From positions 59,951 through 123,950 of the forward strand of contig CAVQUO010000018.1 in assembly GCA_963716765.1 (NCBI GenBank): a stretch of 64,000 nt of DNA, written 5' to 3'. This stretch comes from an uncultured Bacteroidota bacterium (GTDB taxonomy: Bacteria; Bacteroidota; Bacteroidia; Bacteroidales; GCA-2748055). Under the pieces are notes generated by a model. The model did not search any database. It saw nothing but the letters and a program-made list of their open reading frames with translations, and was not told where the DNA came from. The stretch's first letter is position 1; the number at the start of each line of letters is the position of its first letter. Made by a program: the position numbers and the translations under genes. This document shows positions 35,414 through 47,688 of the stretch, one piece after another.

Positions 35414-38242
35414 AAAGAAAGGAACAGAAAATAGAGGTTCAGGGTGCCCGGGTACATAATCTGAAGAATATTGATGTAAGTATCCCCAGGAATCAGCTCA
35501 CCGTCATTACAGGGCTGAGTGGAAGTGGTAAATCATCACTGGCCTTTGATACCATCTATGCAGAGGGTCAGCGTCGGTATATTGAAACCTTAAATGCTTA
35601 TGCCAGGCAGTTTCTTGGCAACATGGAACGCCCGGATGTGGATAAGATCACCGGTCTGAGTCCTGTCATTTCCATTGAGCAAAAAACCACAAATAAAAAC
35701 CCAAGGTCGACTGTGGGCACAGTCACGGAGATTTATGACTTCCTCCGTTTGCTCTATGCCCGGGTGGCCGATGCCTTTTCCTATGTCACCGGTGAGAAAA
35801 TGGTCAAGTATACCCAGGAGCAGATACTTGATCTGATCCTTGATTCATTCCATGATCAAAAAATCTATCTGCTTGCACCCGTTGTAAGAGGGAGAAAGGG
35901 TCACTACAGGGAACTCTTTGAGCAGGTTCGTAAAAGTGGTTACATATATGTAAGAGTGGATGGGGAGATTACTGAGCTTGTCCAGGGAATGAGGGTCGAT
36001 CGCTACAAGAACCATGACATTGAGGTGGTCATTGACCGGCTGACCGCACGTGAAAAGGAAAGGGCCAGGATGAAGAAGTCGCTGTCTGCCGCCATGAAGC
36101 AGGGAAAGGGTGTGGCCATGATTCTCGAAAAGGATGGAACAGAACCCCGATATTTTTCCAGCCAGCTGATGTGTCCCACATCTGGTATATCCTACAACGA
36201 ACCCGCTCCCCACAGTTTCTCCTTCAACTCCCCACAGGGTGCCTGTCCCCATTGCAACGGACTGGGTACCATTAATGATGTTGATCTTACAAAGATCATT
36301 CCGGATGATAGTAAAAGCATTCGTGGCGGGGCCCTGGTTCCTGTTGGTCCCTATCGAAATGCGCTGATATTCTGGCAGCTGGATGCCATTGCTACCCGGT
36401 ATAAGTTCAGCCTTGACACACCCTTTTCTGAAATTCCCGAAGCGGCTGTTCATTGTATTCTTCATGGATCGGATGAGCCCCTGAAGCTGCAAAATACCCC
36501 TTTGGGTGCCACATCCAATTATTATCTCAGTTTTGAGGGAATTATAAACCATGTTCAGAACGGATGCCCTGGAGGGGAAGAGACGGGATGAAAAACAGCA
36601 GATCAGACAGTATATCAGAAAGATAAGCTGTCCACATTGCAAGGGGACCCGCTTGAAACCGGAGATGCTTTATTTCAAGCTAAATGGAAAAAATATCGCC
36701 GACCTTTCGGCGATGGATATCAGTGCACTTGCCGATTTCCTGGAAAATATTGAGAATGATATGAGCGAAAGGCAGAATATCATTGCCCGGGATATTCTGA
36801 AGGAAATCAGGAGCCGGCTTGGATTTCTTCTGGATGTGGGCTTGAACTATCTCTCTCTGAACAGGAGTGCACGCTCCCTTTCCGGGGGTGAAAGTCAGCG
36901 GATCAGACTGGCTACTCAAATTGGTTCCAGGTTGGTGAATGTGCTCTATATCCTGGATGAGCCCAGTATCGGACTGCATCAAAGGGATAACAGGAAGCTG
37001 ATTTTATCTCTTCAAAGCCTTAGGGACCAGGGGAATTCTGTGATTGTTGTGGAACATGACAGGGATATGATTTTGTCGGCAGACTATGTTTTGGATCTGG
37101 GACCCGGTGCAGGTCGGTGTGGAGGAGACCTGGTTGATGCCGGATCGCCGGATCAGATTCTCAAGGGTAAATCACTTACCGCCCTATACCTGAATAAAAC
37201 CCGGGAGATCACAGTGCCTGAGAGTCGAAGACCCGGAAATGGTGAACAACTGGTATTAAAAGGTGCTTCGGGGAATAATCTGAAAATGGTGGATGTGGCC
37301 TTTCCCCTGGGAATGTTCATCTGTATTACCGGAGTGAGTGGCAGCGGCAAATCGACTCTGATTAACGAAACACTCCATCCGATCATCAGTCAGAAGCTCT
37401 ACCGGTCGAACCGGGATCCCCTCGCTTACGAATCTATTGAAGGACTGGAGTACATCGATAAGGTGATTGAAGTGGACCAGTCGCCCCTTGGAAGAACACC
37501 AAGGTCAAATCCAGTGACCTATACGGGCGTATTCGGGGATATCCGGAAGCTTTTTGAACAAACTTCGGATGCAAAGATTATGGGATACAAGGCCAGCCGT
37601 TTTTCCTTTAACGTAAAAGGTGGGCGGTGTGAAACCTGTGGTGGGGCAGGGCTTCAGACCATCGAAATGAATTTTCTTCCCGATGTCTATGTTCAGTGTA
37701 AATCGTGTAATGGCAAAAGATATAACCGTGAGACCCTGGAGATTCGATATAAAGGTCAGAGTATTAATGATGTGTTGAAGATGACCATTAACCAGGCTGT
37801 TGAATTTTTTGCCAGTGTTCCATCCATCCTCAGGAAATTGAAAACCCTTCAGGATGTGGGTCTTGGATATATCAAGCTGGGCCAGCCATCCACCACTCTT
37901 TCAGGAGGTGAGTCACAGCGTGTAAAGCTTTCGGCCGAGCTGGCCAAGAAAGATACAGGGAAAACGCTTTACATCCTGGATGAGCCAACCACCGGTCTTC
38001 ATTTTGAAGATGTGAGGGTGCTCCTGGATGTAATTGCCAGGCTGGTAAATCGGGGCAATACGGTAATTATGATAGAGCATAATATGGATGTGATCAAGGT
38101 GGCTGATCATCTGATCGATCTTGGGAAGGAAGGGGGTAGTCAGGGTGGCACCATTCTGGCCACAGGAACCCCTGAAGAACTGGCCCAGAAGTCAGATAGT
38201 TATACCGGTAATTTCCTGATTGAGGAGCTGTCATTGAAATAA
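35410..38242 (+). CDS. uvrA: Excinuclease ABC subunit A (one frameshift near 36560)
   Basis: GARVHNLKN, two Walker A motifs (GSGKS), LSGGESQR, zinc fingers. Confidence 0.98.
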
Positions 38243-38280
38243 TTTGATTAATTTGTAAAAACAGATCAAGAACAAGCAGA

Positions 38281-38991
38281 ATGAGCGTTAGCGAAGAAAA
38301 GATTAAAAATGCATTCAAGCATAAAACATGGAACGAGATTAAGAGCTCGGATTCATGGCAGATATTTAAAATCATGGCCGAGTTTGTGGAGGGATTTGAG
38401 AAGATGGCCACCATCGGACCCTGCGTATCAATATTCGGATCGGCACGAACATCACCCGATAACAGGTACTATAAGCTGGCAGAGGATATTGCCTTTAAAT
38501 TAACCCAGCATGGATATGGCGTGATTACCGGGGGAGGACCCGGAATTATGGAGGCTGCGAATAAGGGAGCCATGAAGGGTGACGGGATCAGTGTGGGGCT
38601 GAATATTCAACTTCCCTTTGAGCAGAGTTCAAATCCTTATATTGATCCGGATAAACTATTTACTTTCAAGCACTTTTTCGTTCGAAAGGTGATGTTTCAG
38701 AAGTATGCCCAGGGTTTTATTGTACTGCCCGGAGGCTTCGGGACCTTTGATGAGTTCTTTGAGTCTATCACCCTGATCCAGACTGAGAAGATTGGAAAGT
38801 TCCCCATTGTACTTGTGGGAAGGGATTTCTGGAAGGGACTGGTGGATTGGATCCAAAAAGTGGTTCAGCAGGAGGAGAAGAATATCAGTGTAAAGGACCT
38901 TGATCTTTTTAAATTGGTGGATACTGCAGAGGAAGCAGTTGAGGTGATTGATACCTTCTACGGGAAGTATATGCTGAGCCCCAATTTCTAA
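38281..38991 (+). CDS. LOG family / TIGR00730 Rossmann-fold protein
   Basis: FGSAR, TGGGPGIMEA, FFVRK, PGGFGTFDE. Confidence 0.93.
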   Translation: MSVSEEKIKNAFKHKTWNEIKSSDSWQIFKIMAEFVEGFEKMATIGPCVSIFGSARTSPDNRYYKLAEDIAFKLTQHGYGVITGGGPGIMEAANKGAMKGDGISVGLNIQLPFEQSSNPYIDPDKLFTFKHFFVRKVMFQKYAQGFIVLPGGFGTFDEFFESITLIQTEKIGKFPIVLVGRDFWKGLVDWIQKVVQQEEKNISVKDLDLFKLVDTAEEAVEVIDTFYGKYMLSPNF

Positions 38992-39070
38992 ATGCCAGCT
39001 AGCTTGCAGTGTTCGTAAATCCAGGAATCGTGATTAATTATTTTGTACATTTAACAAAATTCAGTATCCG

Positions 39071-40428
39071 ATGAAGAAATTTACGTCATTTTGGACTGGC
39101 ATTGCATTGGTATGTCTGTCATTTTCAGTTTCCGGCTCAGGAAGTGGATATTTCCATTGATCACCCGTCAGCTGTAAAAGCCGGAGAGGTTTTTGAAGTC
39201 ACAGTCACCATATCAAAAGGATCACTGACCGACTATTCCCGTTTCTCGCAGGATTTACCTCTGGGTCTTACCGCCACAAATGTTGAATCTCCCAATGCAG
39301 ATTTTAGTTTTGATAATCAGCGGATCAGGATTATCTGGCTTAAGCTCCCTGAGGTGGAGGAGATCAAGGTTTCCTATAACATCATGGTGGATGAAAGGTT
39401 AAAGGGCAAATTCATCCTGGGAGGTGTTTTTGCCTATGTGGTGGATGAGGAGCGGAAGTTTTTGAATTTTGAGAAAACCGATGAGATTACCATTATGCCA
39501 AGTACACACATAGATCAGGCCCTGATTGTGGATATCAAGGATTTTAAAGGAGGTCCTGCAGGAGCTCCGGTGGCAGCGACTGTTGACAAGGAGCCTTACG
39601 CCATGGCGGTCAGGCAGAAACCTGTGCTTTTGGGGTCGGGTGGTTATTTTGTAAAAATGCTCATCAAGAATCCCTGCGGGAAGTAAGTATGCAAAGTGGA
39701 GGAGATCATTCCAGCAGGCTATCTTTTTGAGAGTGTGGATCCTCATGACGGAATTGAATCTTTTTCCTCTTCAACCGTGAAATTTATCTGGATGAAATTA
39801 CCAGGAGGAGCCGGAGTTTGAAGTGTCTTACAGGCTGGTGCCCAAAAAGAGACGAACCCCAGGGTGCGATGAACATCAAGGGTCAGCTTACCTACTCTGC
39901 CGGAAATGAAAATAAGATTGTATATTAAGGAGGTGGATGTGGATATGGAGTCTCTCTCTCTTGCGGACAAAAGAAATCTCCTTGGAACCGGAGAGATCCC
40001 CGTCAGCGCAGGGAGGTCAGTAAATGCAGAGAAGACTGTTAGCACGGAAAAACCTTTACCAGTGGCAGAAAAGAAGCCACCACCGCAAAAGAAACCTGCT
40101 GTAACGCCAGTGCCCGACTCCGGCATCCGGTGAGTAATTGTTAATACGCGGGTTCTGGGAACAGAATCAGGAGTGTACTACCGGGTTCAGATTACTGCGA
40201 ACAGGAGCGCTTTTGATGCTCGTGTCCCTATACAGGCAGGCAGGAGTGGATCAGGAGGTCTTTGTTGAGCAGCATGAGAATTACTATAAATATACTGCGG
40301 GTTCATTTAGCTCTTACAATCAGGCTGTTCAGTACAGGGATCGACTTGAGGCTAGACCTGAGATTGAAGGTGCTTTTGTTGTAGCCTACCGTGACGGAAA
40401 GCGTATACCCATACCATCAAACCAATAA
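39071..40428 (+). CDS. Exported protein with duplicated N-terminal domain and C-terminal SPOR-like domain (frameshifted)
   Basis: Repeated IIWLKLP/FIWMKLP modules; YRVQI, YKYTAGSF, GAFVVAYRDGKRI. Confidence 0.7.
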
Positions 40429-41804
40429 TTCAGTCTGCACTGCTTTGTTCCGATTCTCCCCATACAGGATCTTGCTGATAAGCTTCATCATGCTTCCCCT
40501 TGTTTCCCAGGGGCAAGAAGTCGATTACGACTCACTCTTACAAAGGGTTGACACGGTGGAGAACCCGGTTTTTAAACCTGTGATTTCATTTGCCTACGGG
40601 GTATTTAATTATAGGGGTGATGTGAGTAGCAGCCTGATTACACCTTTGACCGGTACTCATGCGGGAATGGTGAATGTGGCCACCTTCATCGACCGTAAGA
40701 ACCACTATTTCATTGCTAATTTTAATTTTCTTACAGGCAAACTTACAGCCAGTGAATATTCTTATTCAGACCTGAGCCGTAACCTTAATTTTGAAACTTC
40801 TCTCTACTCTTTTGGTGCAAATGTTGAGTACAGATTTGGCCATTTGATATCTGAGGATTTTTTCCTGAGACCCTATTTTCAGGTGGGTGTGGAGAGTGTT
40901 AATTTCAGTGCCAAGGGGGACTTTTCGGACGCCTCTGGGAATCCTTACTTCTATTGGTCGGACGGAACCATTCGGGACCAGACCCAGACAAGTGGTGATG
41001 CAAATATGCTTTACAGGGATTATAGCTATGAGACCGACCTGCGAAAGCTATGAGAGCGCCGAATTCGGACTGGGTAACTATAATCAGCGATCCATTGGCT
41101 TTCCCCTTGGCGCGGGTCTTCTTTTCAGGATCAGTAACAGGACATCTTTCGGTATTGGGGCCACCTATCATTTCACACTAACTGATTATATTGATAATGT
41201 GGCATTCGAAGGGACCAGTGTCCAGGGTAAAAAGGGGAATGATGGTTTTGTTTTTTCCTATGTTTCGGTCCATTTTGATCTATTCTCGGATCCGTCGACC
41301 CGCACAGTCGACCTGCTTTACGCAGATGTGGAGTTCGATGAACTCTTCTTTGATGACGAAGACGGGGATTTTATTCTTGACGTAGCCGACCATTGTCCGG
41401 GTACCCCATATGGAATTGAAGTGGATTCTCTTGGATGTCCGCTGGATGGGGATCAGGACGGTGTGCCCGATTATCTGGATATGGAGCTGGAAACTGCAGC
41501 CGGCGTATGGGTGGATGATTTAGGTGTAACACTTAGCGAGGAGGCTTTTTACGCTTCTGTTAGAAGCAGGGAAAGCGCAATGCCCAGAGAAGAAGTGGAA
41601 GCCTACTTTGAGACCATCAGGGATGATTACGCCTTGAGAAGGTCCAACGAGATACCCGAAAAGTTCATGGCACTGGATGAAGACCTGGATGGATATATTT
41701 CCTTCGATGAATTATTAAAAGCGATCGATCTTTACTTTGATTTCCAGATCGATCTTGACATTGATGAGGTAAGGGAACTTAATGACTTCTTCTTCTCCCA
41801 GTAG
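40391..41804 (+). CDS. Beta-barrel protein with TSP3-like Ca-binding repeats and a C-terminal EF-hand (frameshift near 41045; start uncertain)
   Basis: TLTDYIDNV barrel motif, DEDGDFILDVADHCPGTP, GCPLDGDQDGVPDYLD, DEDLDGYISFDE. Confidence 0.65.
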
Positions 41805-41911
41805 CAGTGCCTGGTAGCACTAAGTTACACTTCCTCGTAAGGTGCTTGTTTTAGCTACGCTAAAAAAATGCCAGCTTACTTCGTAAGCATAACTTAGTGC
41901 TACCGGCACTG
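41805..41911. repeat. 107-bp imperfect palindrome, MITE/REP-like, between convergent genes
   Basis: Perfect 15-bp inverted repeat GGTAGCACTAAGTTA (41813-41827) / TAACTTAGTGCTACC (41890-41904) with inner hairpins. Confidence 0.75.
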
Positions 41912-41936
41912 TGTACTGTGCACTATGAACTGTGTA

Positions 41937-42389
41937 TTATTTTATTTTGTGGATTCGGTCCATCTGGCGTTGAGTATCCTTGCGTTTGATGGTTTCGCGT
42001 TTGTCGTATTCACGCCTTCCCCTTGCCAGTCCGATTTCCAGCTTTGCGTAGCCGGAACTGGAAATGAAAAGTTTCAGAGCAGCGATGGTTAAGCCACTCT
42101 CCTTTACTTTCCTTTGGAGTTTTCTCAATTCCGGCCTGTTCAGCAATAGTTTGCGGTCGCGGCCCGGAAGATGACTGTTGAAACTGGCCCATGCATAATC
42201 GGCTATTTGCATACCTCTTACGTAGAGTTCGTTATTTTCAAAAAGACAATAGGCCTCAACAAGGCTTGCTCTTCCATTACGGATGGATTTGATTTCGGTG
42301 CCTGTTAATTGTATCCCCGCAGTATAACGGTCCGTGATTTCGTAATCATGGAAGGCCTTTTTATTTCTGATGTTGATTTTACTAGCCAT
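41937..42389 (-). CDS. smpB: SsrA-binding protein SmpB
   Basis: NKKAFHDY, AGIQLTGTEIKSIR, RKLLL, DKRETIK; true start MASK at 42389 rather than 42647. Confidence 0.97.
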   Translation of the reverse strand: MASKINIRNKKAFHDYEITDRYTAGIQLTGTEIKSIRNGRASLVEAYCLFENNELYVRGMQIADYAWASFNSHLPGRDRKLLLNRPELRKLQRKVKESGLTIAALKLFISSSGYAKLEIGLARGRREYDKRETIKRKDTQRQMDRIHKIK

Positions 42390-42446
42390 GGTGGTTTCCG
42401 GGTCCAAAGGTATAAAAAACCGCTTATTTGGGTATATTTGATTTGA

Positions 42447-43389
42447 ATGGCTAAGAATACCATCAACCTGCTGACCATACTGGGTCCCACTGCAGCCGGA
42501 AAGACAGCATTTTCGGCTCAGCTGGCCTGTCGGGTTAACGGTGAAATCATAAGTGCCGATTCGAGGCAGGTATACCGGGGAATGGACATTGGAACCGGGA
42601 AAGATTATGATGACTACATGGTGGATGGCAGGCAGGTTCCCGTGCACCTTATAGATATTCTTGAAGCTGGATTTGAGTACAATGTCTACCTGTTTAAACA
42701 GGACTTTAACAGGGTTTTTCTGGATATCAGCGATAGGGGGAAAATGCCTGTATTGTGTGGGGGCAGTGGGCTGTATATCGAATCTGTTTTGAAAAATTAC
42801 AGGCTGCTTCAGGTAGCACCCAATGAAGGCTCTGCGGGCGGAACTGGAGACCAGGGATATTGGTGAGCTGGTGGAGATGCTGAAGCAATATGGTCCGCTT
42901 CACAATCAGACCGACATCACTTCAAGGAAAAGGATCATCAGGGCCATAGAGATTGCCAAATTCCAGATCAGGGGCCAACGAAACGCCAATGGGTCATTCA
43001 GCCGGTGATGAGTTGGGTTTGAATCCGCTAATTTTCGGGGTTCAGCTGGAGAGGGAATCAGGAGGAAGCGGATTACCGAGAGGCTTAAAAAGAGGTTGGA
43101 GGAAGGAATGGTGGAAGAAGTGGAGGGTTTAATGGCCAGGGGTGTGTCAAAGGAGAAGCTGGATTACTACGGGCTTGAATACAGGTATATATCTCGCTTC
43201 ATCCTTAAAGAATTGACTTTCGATGAGATGGTGCATAGACTTAACTCGGCAATTCACCAGTTTGCCAAGCGACAAATGACCTATTTCAGAGGGATGGAGC
43301 GCAGGGGAGCACATATCCATTGGATCGATGGTACCTTAAGTGTTGAGGAGATGTGCAACAAGGCCCTGTCCATCTACAGGTCTATCTGA
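42447..43389 (+). CDS. miaA: tRNA dimethylallyltransferase (frameshifted)
   Basis: GPTAAGKT, SADSRQVYRGMDIGTGK, GGSGLY, FAKRQMTYF. Confidence 0.93.
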
Positions 43390-43790
43390 ACTGCCAGGGA
43401 AGGTCCAGAATGAACCAGATCAAACCGATGGCTATCAAAATATTGAATGCTGAGATCAAATAGTTGTAGGTAACCCTCCAGGTTGTGATCCGCCTCCTGA
43501 TCATGATCCCGATATTTGGAATAAAGAATGCGAGAATACTAAAGACCGTGAGACTGTTTAGTATTTTCTCCTCATCCATCTCTTCGGCAGGTTCAGCTGC
43601 CGGGAGGAAGAAAAGAATCAGGTAGGCCATCAGGAGGAAAGCAGGCCAGGTAGACTAAATAACTGGCCTTGATAAAGATGGTGGAGACAGGTCGCTTACG
43701 GTGCATCCTGAAAGGTTTCAGAATGATAATAGCAATAATATAGATCAGCAAAAATGCTGCTATAAATATGAAATGAAGCAGAAAGGTCAT
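43382..43790 (-). CDS. Hypothetical membrane protein (frameshifted)
   Basis: About four hydrophobic segments; downstream of recA. Confidence 0.6.
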
Positions 43791-43820
43791 ACCTTCTTCA
43801 TCATTATGATTTTACTGTAA

Positions 43821-44840
43821 CTAATCGGAGGCCGCCTTAAGTTTGGCCTTGATCTTTCCTTCAATCTCTTCCGCAAGTTCCGGATTATCCTTCATCAGGT
43901 TTTTAACAGCATCCCTTCCCTGTCCCAGCCTGGTCTCCCCGTAAGAAAACCAGGAACCGCTTTTTTTCAGAATTTCCAGGTCTGTGCCCAGGTCAATCAG
44001 TTCACCGGTTTTGGAAATTCCCTGGCCGTAGAGAATGTCAAATTCAACCTTCCTGAAAGGTGGTGCAAGTTTGTTTTTTACCACCTTCACCCTGGTCCTG
44101 TTCCCGGTGATGTCTTCACCATCTTTTATTTGACCAATTCTCCGGATATCGAGCCTTATAGAGGAGTAAAATTTTAATGCATTTCCACCAGTGGTGGTTT
44201 CAGGATTACCAAACATAACCCCGATTTTTTCCCTCAGCTGGTTGATGAAAATACAGGTGGTATTGGTCCGGTTAATGTTGGCGGTAAGTTTTCTCAATGC
44301 CTGGGACATGAGCCTGGCCTGCAGACCCACTTTCGAGTCTCCCATCTCCCCTTCAATCTCTGCTTTGGGTGTCAGCGCAGCTACAGAGTCGATGACAATG
44401 ATATCAATGGCTCCGGAACGGATCAGGTGATCTGTTACTTCCAGTGCCTGCTCTCCATTATCAGGCTGAGATATATATAGGTTCTCAATATCTACTCCAA
44501 GATTCCTGGCATAAAACCTGTCGAAGGCGTGCTCGGCATCTATAAAAGCGGCAATTCCACCGTTTTTTTGTGCTTCGGCAATGGCGTGAATGGCCAGGGT
44601 TGTTTTACCGGATGACTCAGGCCCGTAGATTTCAACAACCCTACCCCTGGGATATCCCCCTATACCGAGTGCCACATCCAGCCCAATGGAGCCGGAGGGA
44701 ATGATCATTACATCTTCAATGGCATTATCACCAAGTTTCATGATGGTTCCTTTCCCGTATCCCTTCTCTATCTTATCGAGGGTCAGCTGCAAGGCTTTTA
44801 ATTTCTCCTTGTTGTCGCCGTTCCCGTTTTCTTTGCTCAT
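43821..44840 (-). CDS. recA: Recombinase RecA
   Basis: [43 protein letters not shown]. Confidence 0.99.
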   Translation of the reverse strand: MSKENGNGDNKEKLKALQLTLDKIEKGYGKGTIMKLGDNAIEDVMIIPSGSIGLDVALGIGGYPRGRVVEIYGPESSGKTTLAIHAIAEAQKNGGIAAFIDAEHAFDRFYARNLGVDIENLYISQPDNGEQALEVTDHLIRSGAIDIIVIDSVAALTPKAEIEGEMGDSKVGLQARLMSQALRKLTANINRTNTTCIFINQLREKIGVMFGNPETTTGGNALKFYSSIRLDIRRIGQIKDGEDITGNRTRVKVVKNKLAPPFRKVEFDILYGQGISKTGELIDLGTDLEILKKSGSWFSYGETRLGQGRDAVKNLMKDNPELAEEIEGKIKAKLKAASD

Positions 44841-44868
44841 GTTCTTTTCTTGTTAATGTGATAATTCG

Positions 44869-45318
44869 TTAAATATCTGCGTGCTGTGTTCCTTTGTATT
44901 CACTTTTTCGATGATCTTTAGTAATCATTCCCTCCTCATCAATGATGAAGGTCTTCCTAATAATCCCCATGTAGGTTTTTCCATAATTTGTTTTCTCACC
45001 CCAGGCACCGTAATCCTGCAGGACTTTCTTGTCCGTATCCGAGATCAGGCGAAAGGGAAGCTTATAGCTGGCAATGAACTTCTGATGCGAAATCTCACTG
45101 TCTGCACTTACCCCAATCACATCAAAGCCCTGCTGAAGAAACTGATCATAATGATCCCTCAGGTCGCAAGACTCTGCAGTGCATCCGGGAGTATTGTCCT
45201 TTGGGTAGAAATAGAGCACAATCTTTTTTCCCCTGTACTCATCAAGTGATATTCTTTTTCCCTCCTGGTCCACTGAATCAATGGCCGGGGCCCGGTCTCC
45301 TATTCTTAAATTTCCCAT
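44869..45318 (-). CDS. bcp: Thioredoxin-dependent peroxiredoxin Bcp
   Basis: YFYPKDNTPGCTAESC motif. Confidence 0.93.
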   Translation of the reverse strand: MGNLRIGDRAPAIDSVDQEGKRISLDEYRGKKIVLYFYPKDNTPGCTAESCDLRDHYDQFLQQGFDVIGVSADSEISHQKFIASYKLPFRLISDTDKKVLQDYGAWGEKTNYGKTYMGIIRKTFIIDEEGMITKDHRKSEYKGTQHADI

Positions 45319-45387
45319 GTTAAAATCAAATCATAAATGTACAAAAGTTGCTCCACATGCAGCTCTATTTATTGCTATTTTTGGCAT

Positions 45388-47346
45388 ATGATTAATTCCT
45401 TTCTACGCAACGCTTTTTATTCGGCTCTGATGCTGGCTATTGCATTTATTCCAGGACCACCGGTCCACGCACAAGATATGGATGCATCGGCACTTTATGA
45501 AAAGTCAATTCAGAACTTTCAGGAGGGCGATTTTCGTACTGCCCTTGACGGATTCCTCCAATTGAAAAAGAGCCAGCCCGGTAATGTTATGAATTCTTAT
45601 TATTCGGGACGATGCTTTGTGGAACTGAACGAGAAGCTGGATGAGGCCATTGAGCTTCTGTTCAGCGCATCCCGAAGGGGTGCACCTGATGATGCACTGT
45701 ATTATCTGGCCATGGCCTACCACCGTGACTACAACTTCTCGGAGGCGCAGAAAAATTACAGCAGGTTTGAACAGGTGGCCACACGCCAGCAGTTAAAGGA
45801 TCTGAGAGTAACACACATGATATCCACTTGTCGGAGTGCACAGGAAATTACAGCGACTTATAATCAATACGAAGTGATGGCAGTTACTTTACTGGATCTT
45901 TCTGACTCGCTAAGTTATTCTCAGATCAGGATGAAAGGCGGAGACTTACAGAGAAAACCATCCGAATATTTCAAATTAGGGGAGGACAGGGATGGCCTTG
46001 GCAGCCTGATGTTTATGCCAGCTGATCCGCTAAGGGGTGATTATATTTTTTATTCGGCCCAGGGAAAATCCGGGAAGGAAGGAATGCAACTATTCAGGTC
46101 AAGAAGGGGCTCAGGCAGATGGGGCGAAGCTCAGGAAGTGAAAGCTTTAAATACAGAAGGAGATGAGCTGCTTCCATACTATGATCCCATTGAAAATGAT
46201 CTCTACTATGCTTCTGATGGCGGCTCGGGAATTGGCGGATTTGACCTTTTCAGGGCCCATTATGATCCTGAACGGGATCAGTGGACAGAGCCCATTAACC
46301 TTGGATTTCCCATCAATTCAGCCATGGACGATTATCTTCTTCTTCCCGGATCGGACCTGGGTATGATGATGTTTTTTTCCAACCGGCAGGGGACAGACAG
46401 TACGCTCACTGTTTATAGAGTACATATGGTAGAGCCCAAGCTAAAAACCGATCCAAAAAACACCAGGAAGCTCAGGCAAATAGCAAACCTTGGAGGAGCG
46501 GCAGATGAAATGCTTGCTGATCTCGAAGCAATGTCAGCCAGTACTTCAGGTGGGGATGGATCTTCGGCTGAGCAAGGGGAGGCTAAAAGTTTTGATGCTC
46601 CTTCCCAGGTGTATACGCCGGTAAAGATTCTCGCAACGGAAGAGCTGGCTTCCCCAGAGGCTTCCCCTGAGACTTCCCCTGACATGGAGATTCTTTTGGA
46701 GGTCCGGATGCATCAGGTGGCATCCGATTCGCTGAATGATCTGGCAAGGGACGCACGTTTAAAGGTTCGGGAGTCGGATGACCCCAATGACAGGTGGGTT
46801 TGGCAAAAGCAGATCATGGTTTGGGAGAAAAAGGCTCATGATGAGGAGGCAATGGCCGCTTACCTCTTTGCCAGCATGGATGGAGGCAGTCAGGGAGAAG
46901 CGAAAGTTTCGCCGGTAAATTCGCCCGAATCTGTGGTTCCCCTGGCAGTGGCAGGTGAACCAGGCAATCAGCCGGAAATAAAAGTTGTTCCTGAGGGTGA
47001 TGATCAGTATATTAAGCGCTTCGATATTCTGGGCGCCTCCCCTTATTCGGCCTCCAATCCCATCCCTTCTGATGTGGCCCTTCCGGATGGTGTTTTCTAC
47101 AGGATCCAGCTGGGGGCATTTGGAACGGCCGTCGAACCTAATACCTTTGGCGGCATTAGCCCGATTACAGGTGAAAGTCTGAAGGAGAGAGGCATTATCA
47201 AGTATTATGCAGGGAAGTTTTCAAAATATGAAGATGCAACTGCAGCCCTGTCCAGGATCAGGTCTGAAGGATATGAAGACGCTTTTGTCGCTGCCTGGTA
47301 TGACGGAAGCCCTGTTTCAACACAAAAGGCTAAGCAATTAGAGTAG
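45388..47346 (+). CDS. Exported TPR + PD40 + SPOR-like domain protein
   Basis: Signal peptide, TPR helices, LYYASDG/GGFDLF/NLGFPINS, YRIQLGAF...DAFVAAW. Confidence 0.75.
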   Translation: MINSFLRNAFYSALMLAIAFIPGPPVHAQDMDASALYEKSIQNFQEGDFRTALDGFLQLKKSQPGNVMNSYYSGRCFVELNEKLDEAIELLFSASRRGAPDDALYYLAMAYHRDYNFSEAQKNYSRFEQVATRQQLKDLRVTHMISTCRSAQEITATYNQYEVMAVTLLDLSDSLSYSQIRMKGGDLQRKPSEYFKLGEDRDGLGSLMFMPADPLRGDYIFYSAQGKSGKEGMQLFRSRRGSGRWGEAQEVKALNTEGDELLPYYDPIENDLYYASDGGSGIGGFDLFRAHYDPERDQWTEPINLGFPINSAMDDYLLLPGSDLGMMMFFSNRQGTDSTLTVYRVHMVEPKLKTDPKNTRKLRQIANLGGAADEMLADLEAMSASTSGGDGSSAEQGEAKSFDAPSQVYTPVKILATEELASPEASPETSPDMEILLEVRMHQVASDSLNDLARDARLKVRESDDPNDRWVWQKQIMVWEKKAHDEEAMAAYLFASMDGGSQGEAKVSPVNSPESVVPLAVAGEPGNQPEIKVVPEGDDQYIKRFDILGASPYSASNPIPSDVALPDGVFYRIQLGAFGTAVEPNTFGGISPITGESLKERGIIKYYAGKFSKYEDATAALSRIRSEGYEDAFVAAWYDGSPVSTQKAKQLE

Positions 47347-47397
47347 CTTCTTAATGGATAAATTCTTATATTTGAAGTGAAGTGATATTCTTCCAGT

Positions 47398-47682
47398 ATG
47401 GACAGTAACTTTACAAGTCGACCGCAAAAAGTTGGGTCTGATGATACAGATAGCCTTCAGCAGGGTAAGCTCGTCCTTCACAACGACGAAATTAACACTT
47501 TTGATTACGTTATGAATACTCTTGTGGAGGTGTGTAATCACTCCCTTACCCAGGCCGAGCAATGCGCAACCATTACACATTATAAGGGCAAATGCGAGGT
47601 AAGGACGGGTAAGTTAAAGGAGATGAAAGAGCTGAGGTACAAACTCATCTCAAAGGGATTGAAAGCCACTGTAGATAATTGA
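47398..47682 (+). CDS. clpS: Clp protease adaptor ClpS
   Basis: LVLHNDEINTFDYV..L, HYKGKC. Confidence 0.9.
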   Translation: MDSNFTSRPQKVGSDDTDSLQQGKLVLHNDEINTFDYVMNTLVEVCNHSLTQAEQCATITHYKGKCEVRTGKLKEMKELRYKLISKGLKATVDN

Positions 47683-47688
47683 CCTCTA

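Noticed and set aside
36540-36600. Programmed frameshifting or phase variation in uvrA and other split genes
   Set aside because: Indels are too widespread and hit unrelated essential genes; no consistent slippery site or stimulatory structure
15532-36642. Long antisense ORFs (e.g. 15532-16089, 22201-22659, 35845-36642)
   Set aside because: Shadows of well-supported genes on the opposite strand, with no motifs
41813-41904. Integron attC site
   Set aside because: The GTT/AAC cores are in the wrong order and do not match RYYYAAC...GTTRRRY; no integrase or cassette context
41937-42647. N-terminally extended 236-aa SmpB
   Set aside because: The extension overlaps miaA on the opposite strand; the canonical start is at 42389
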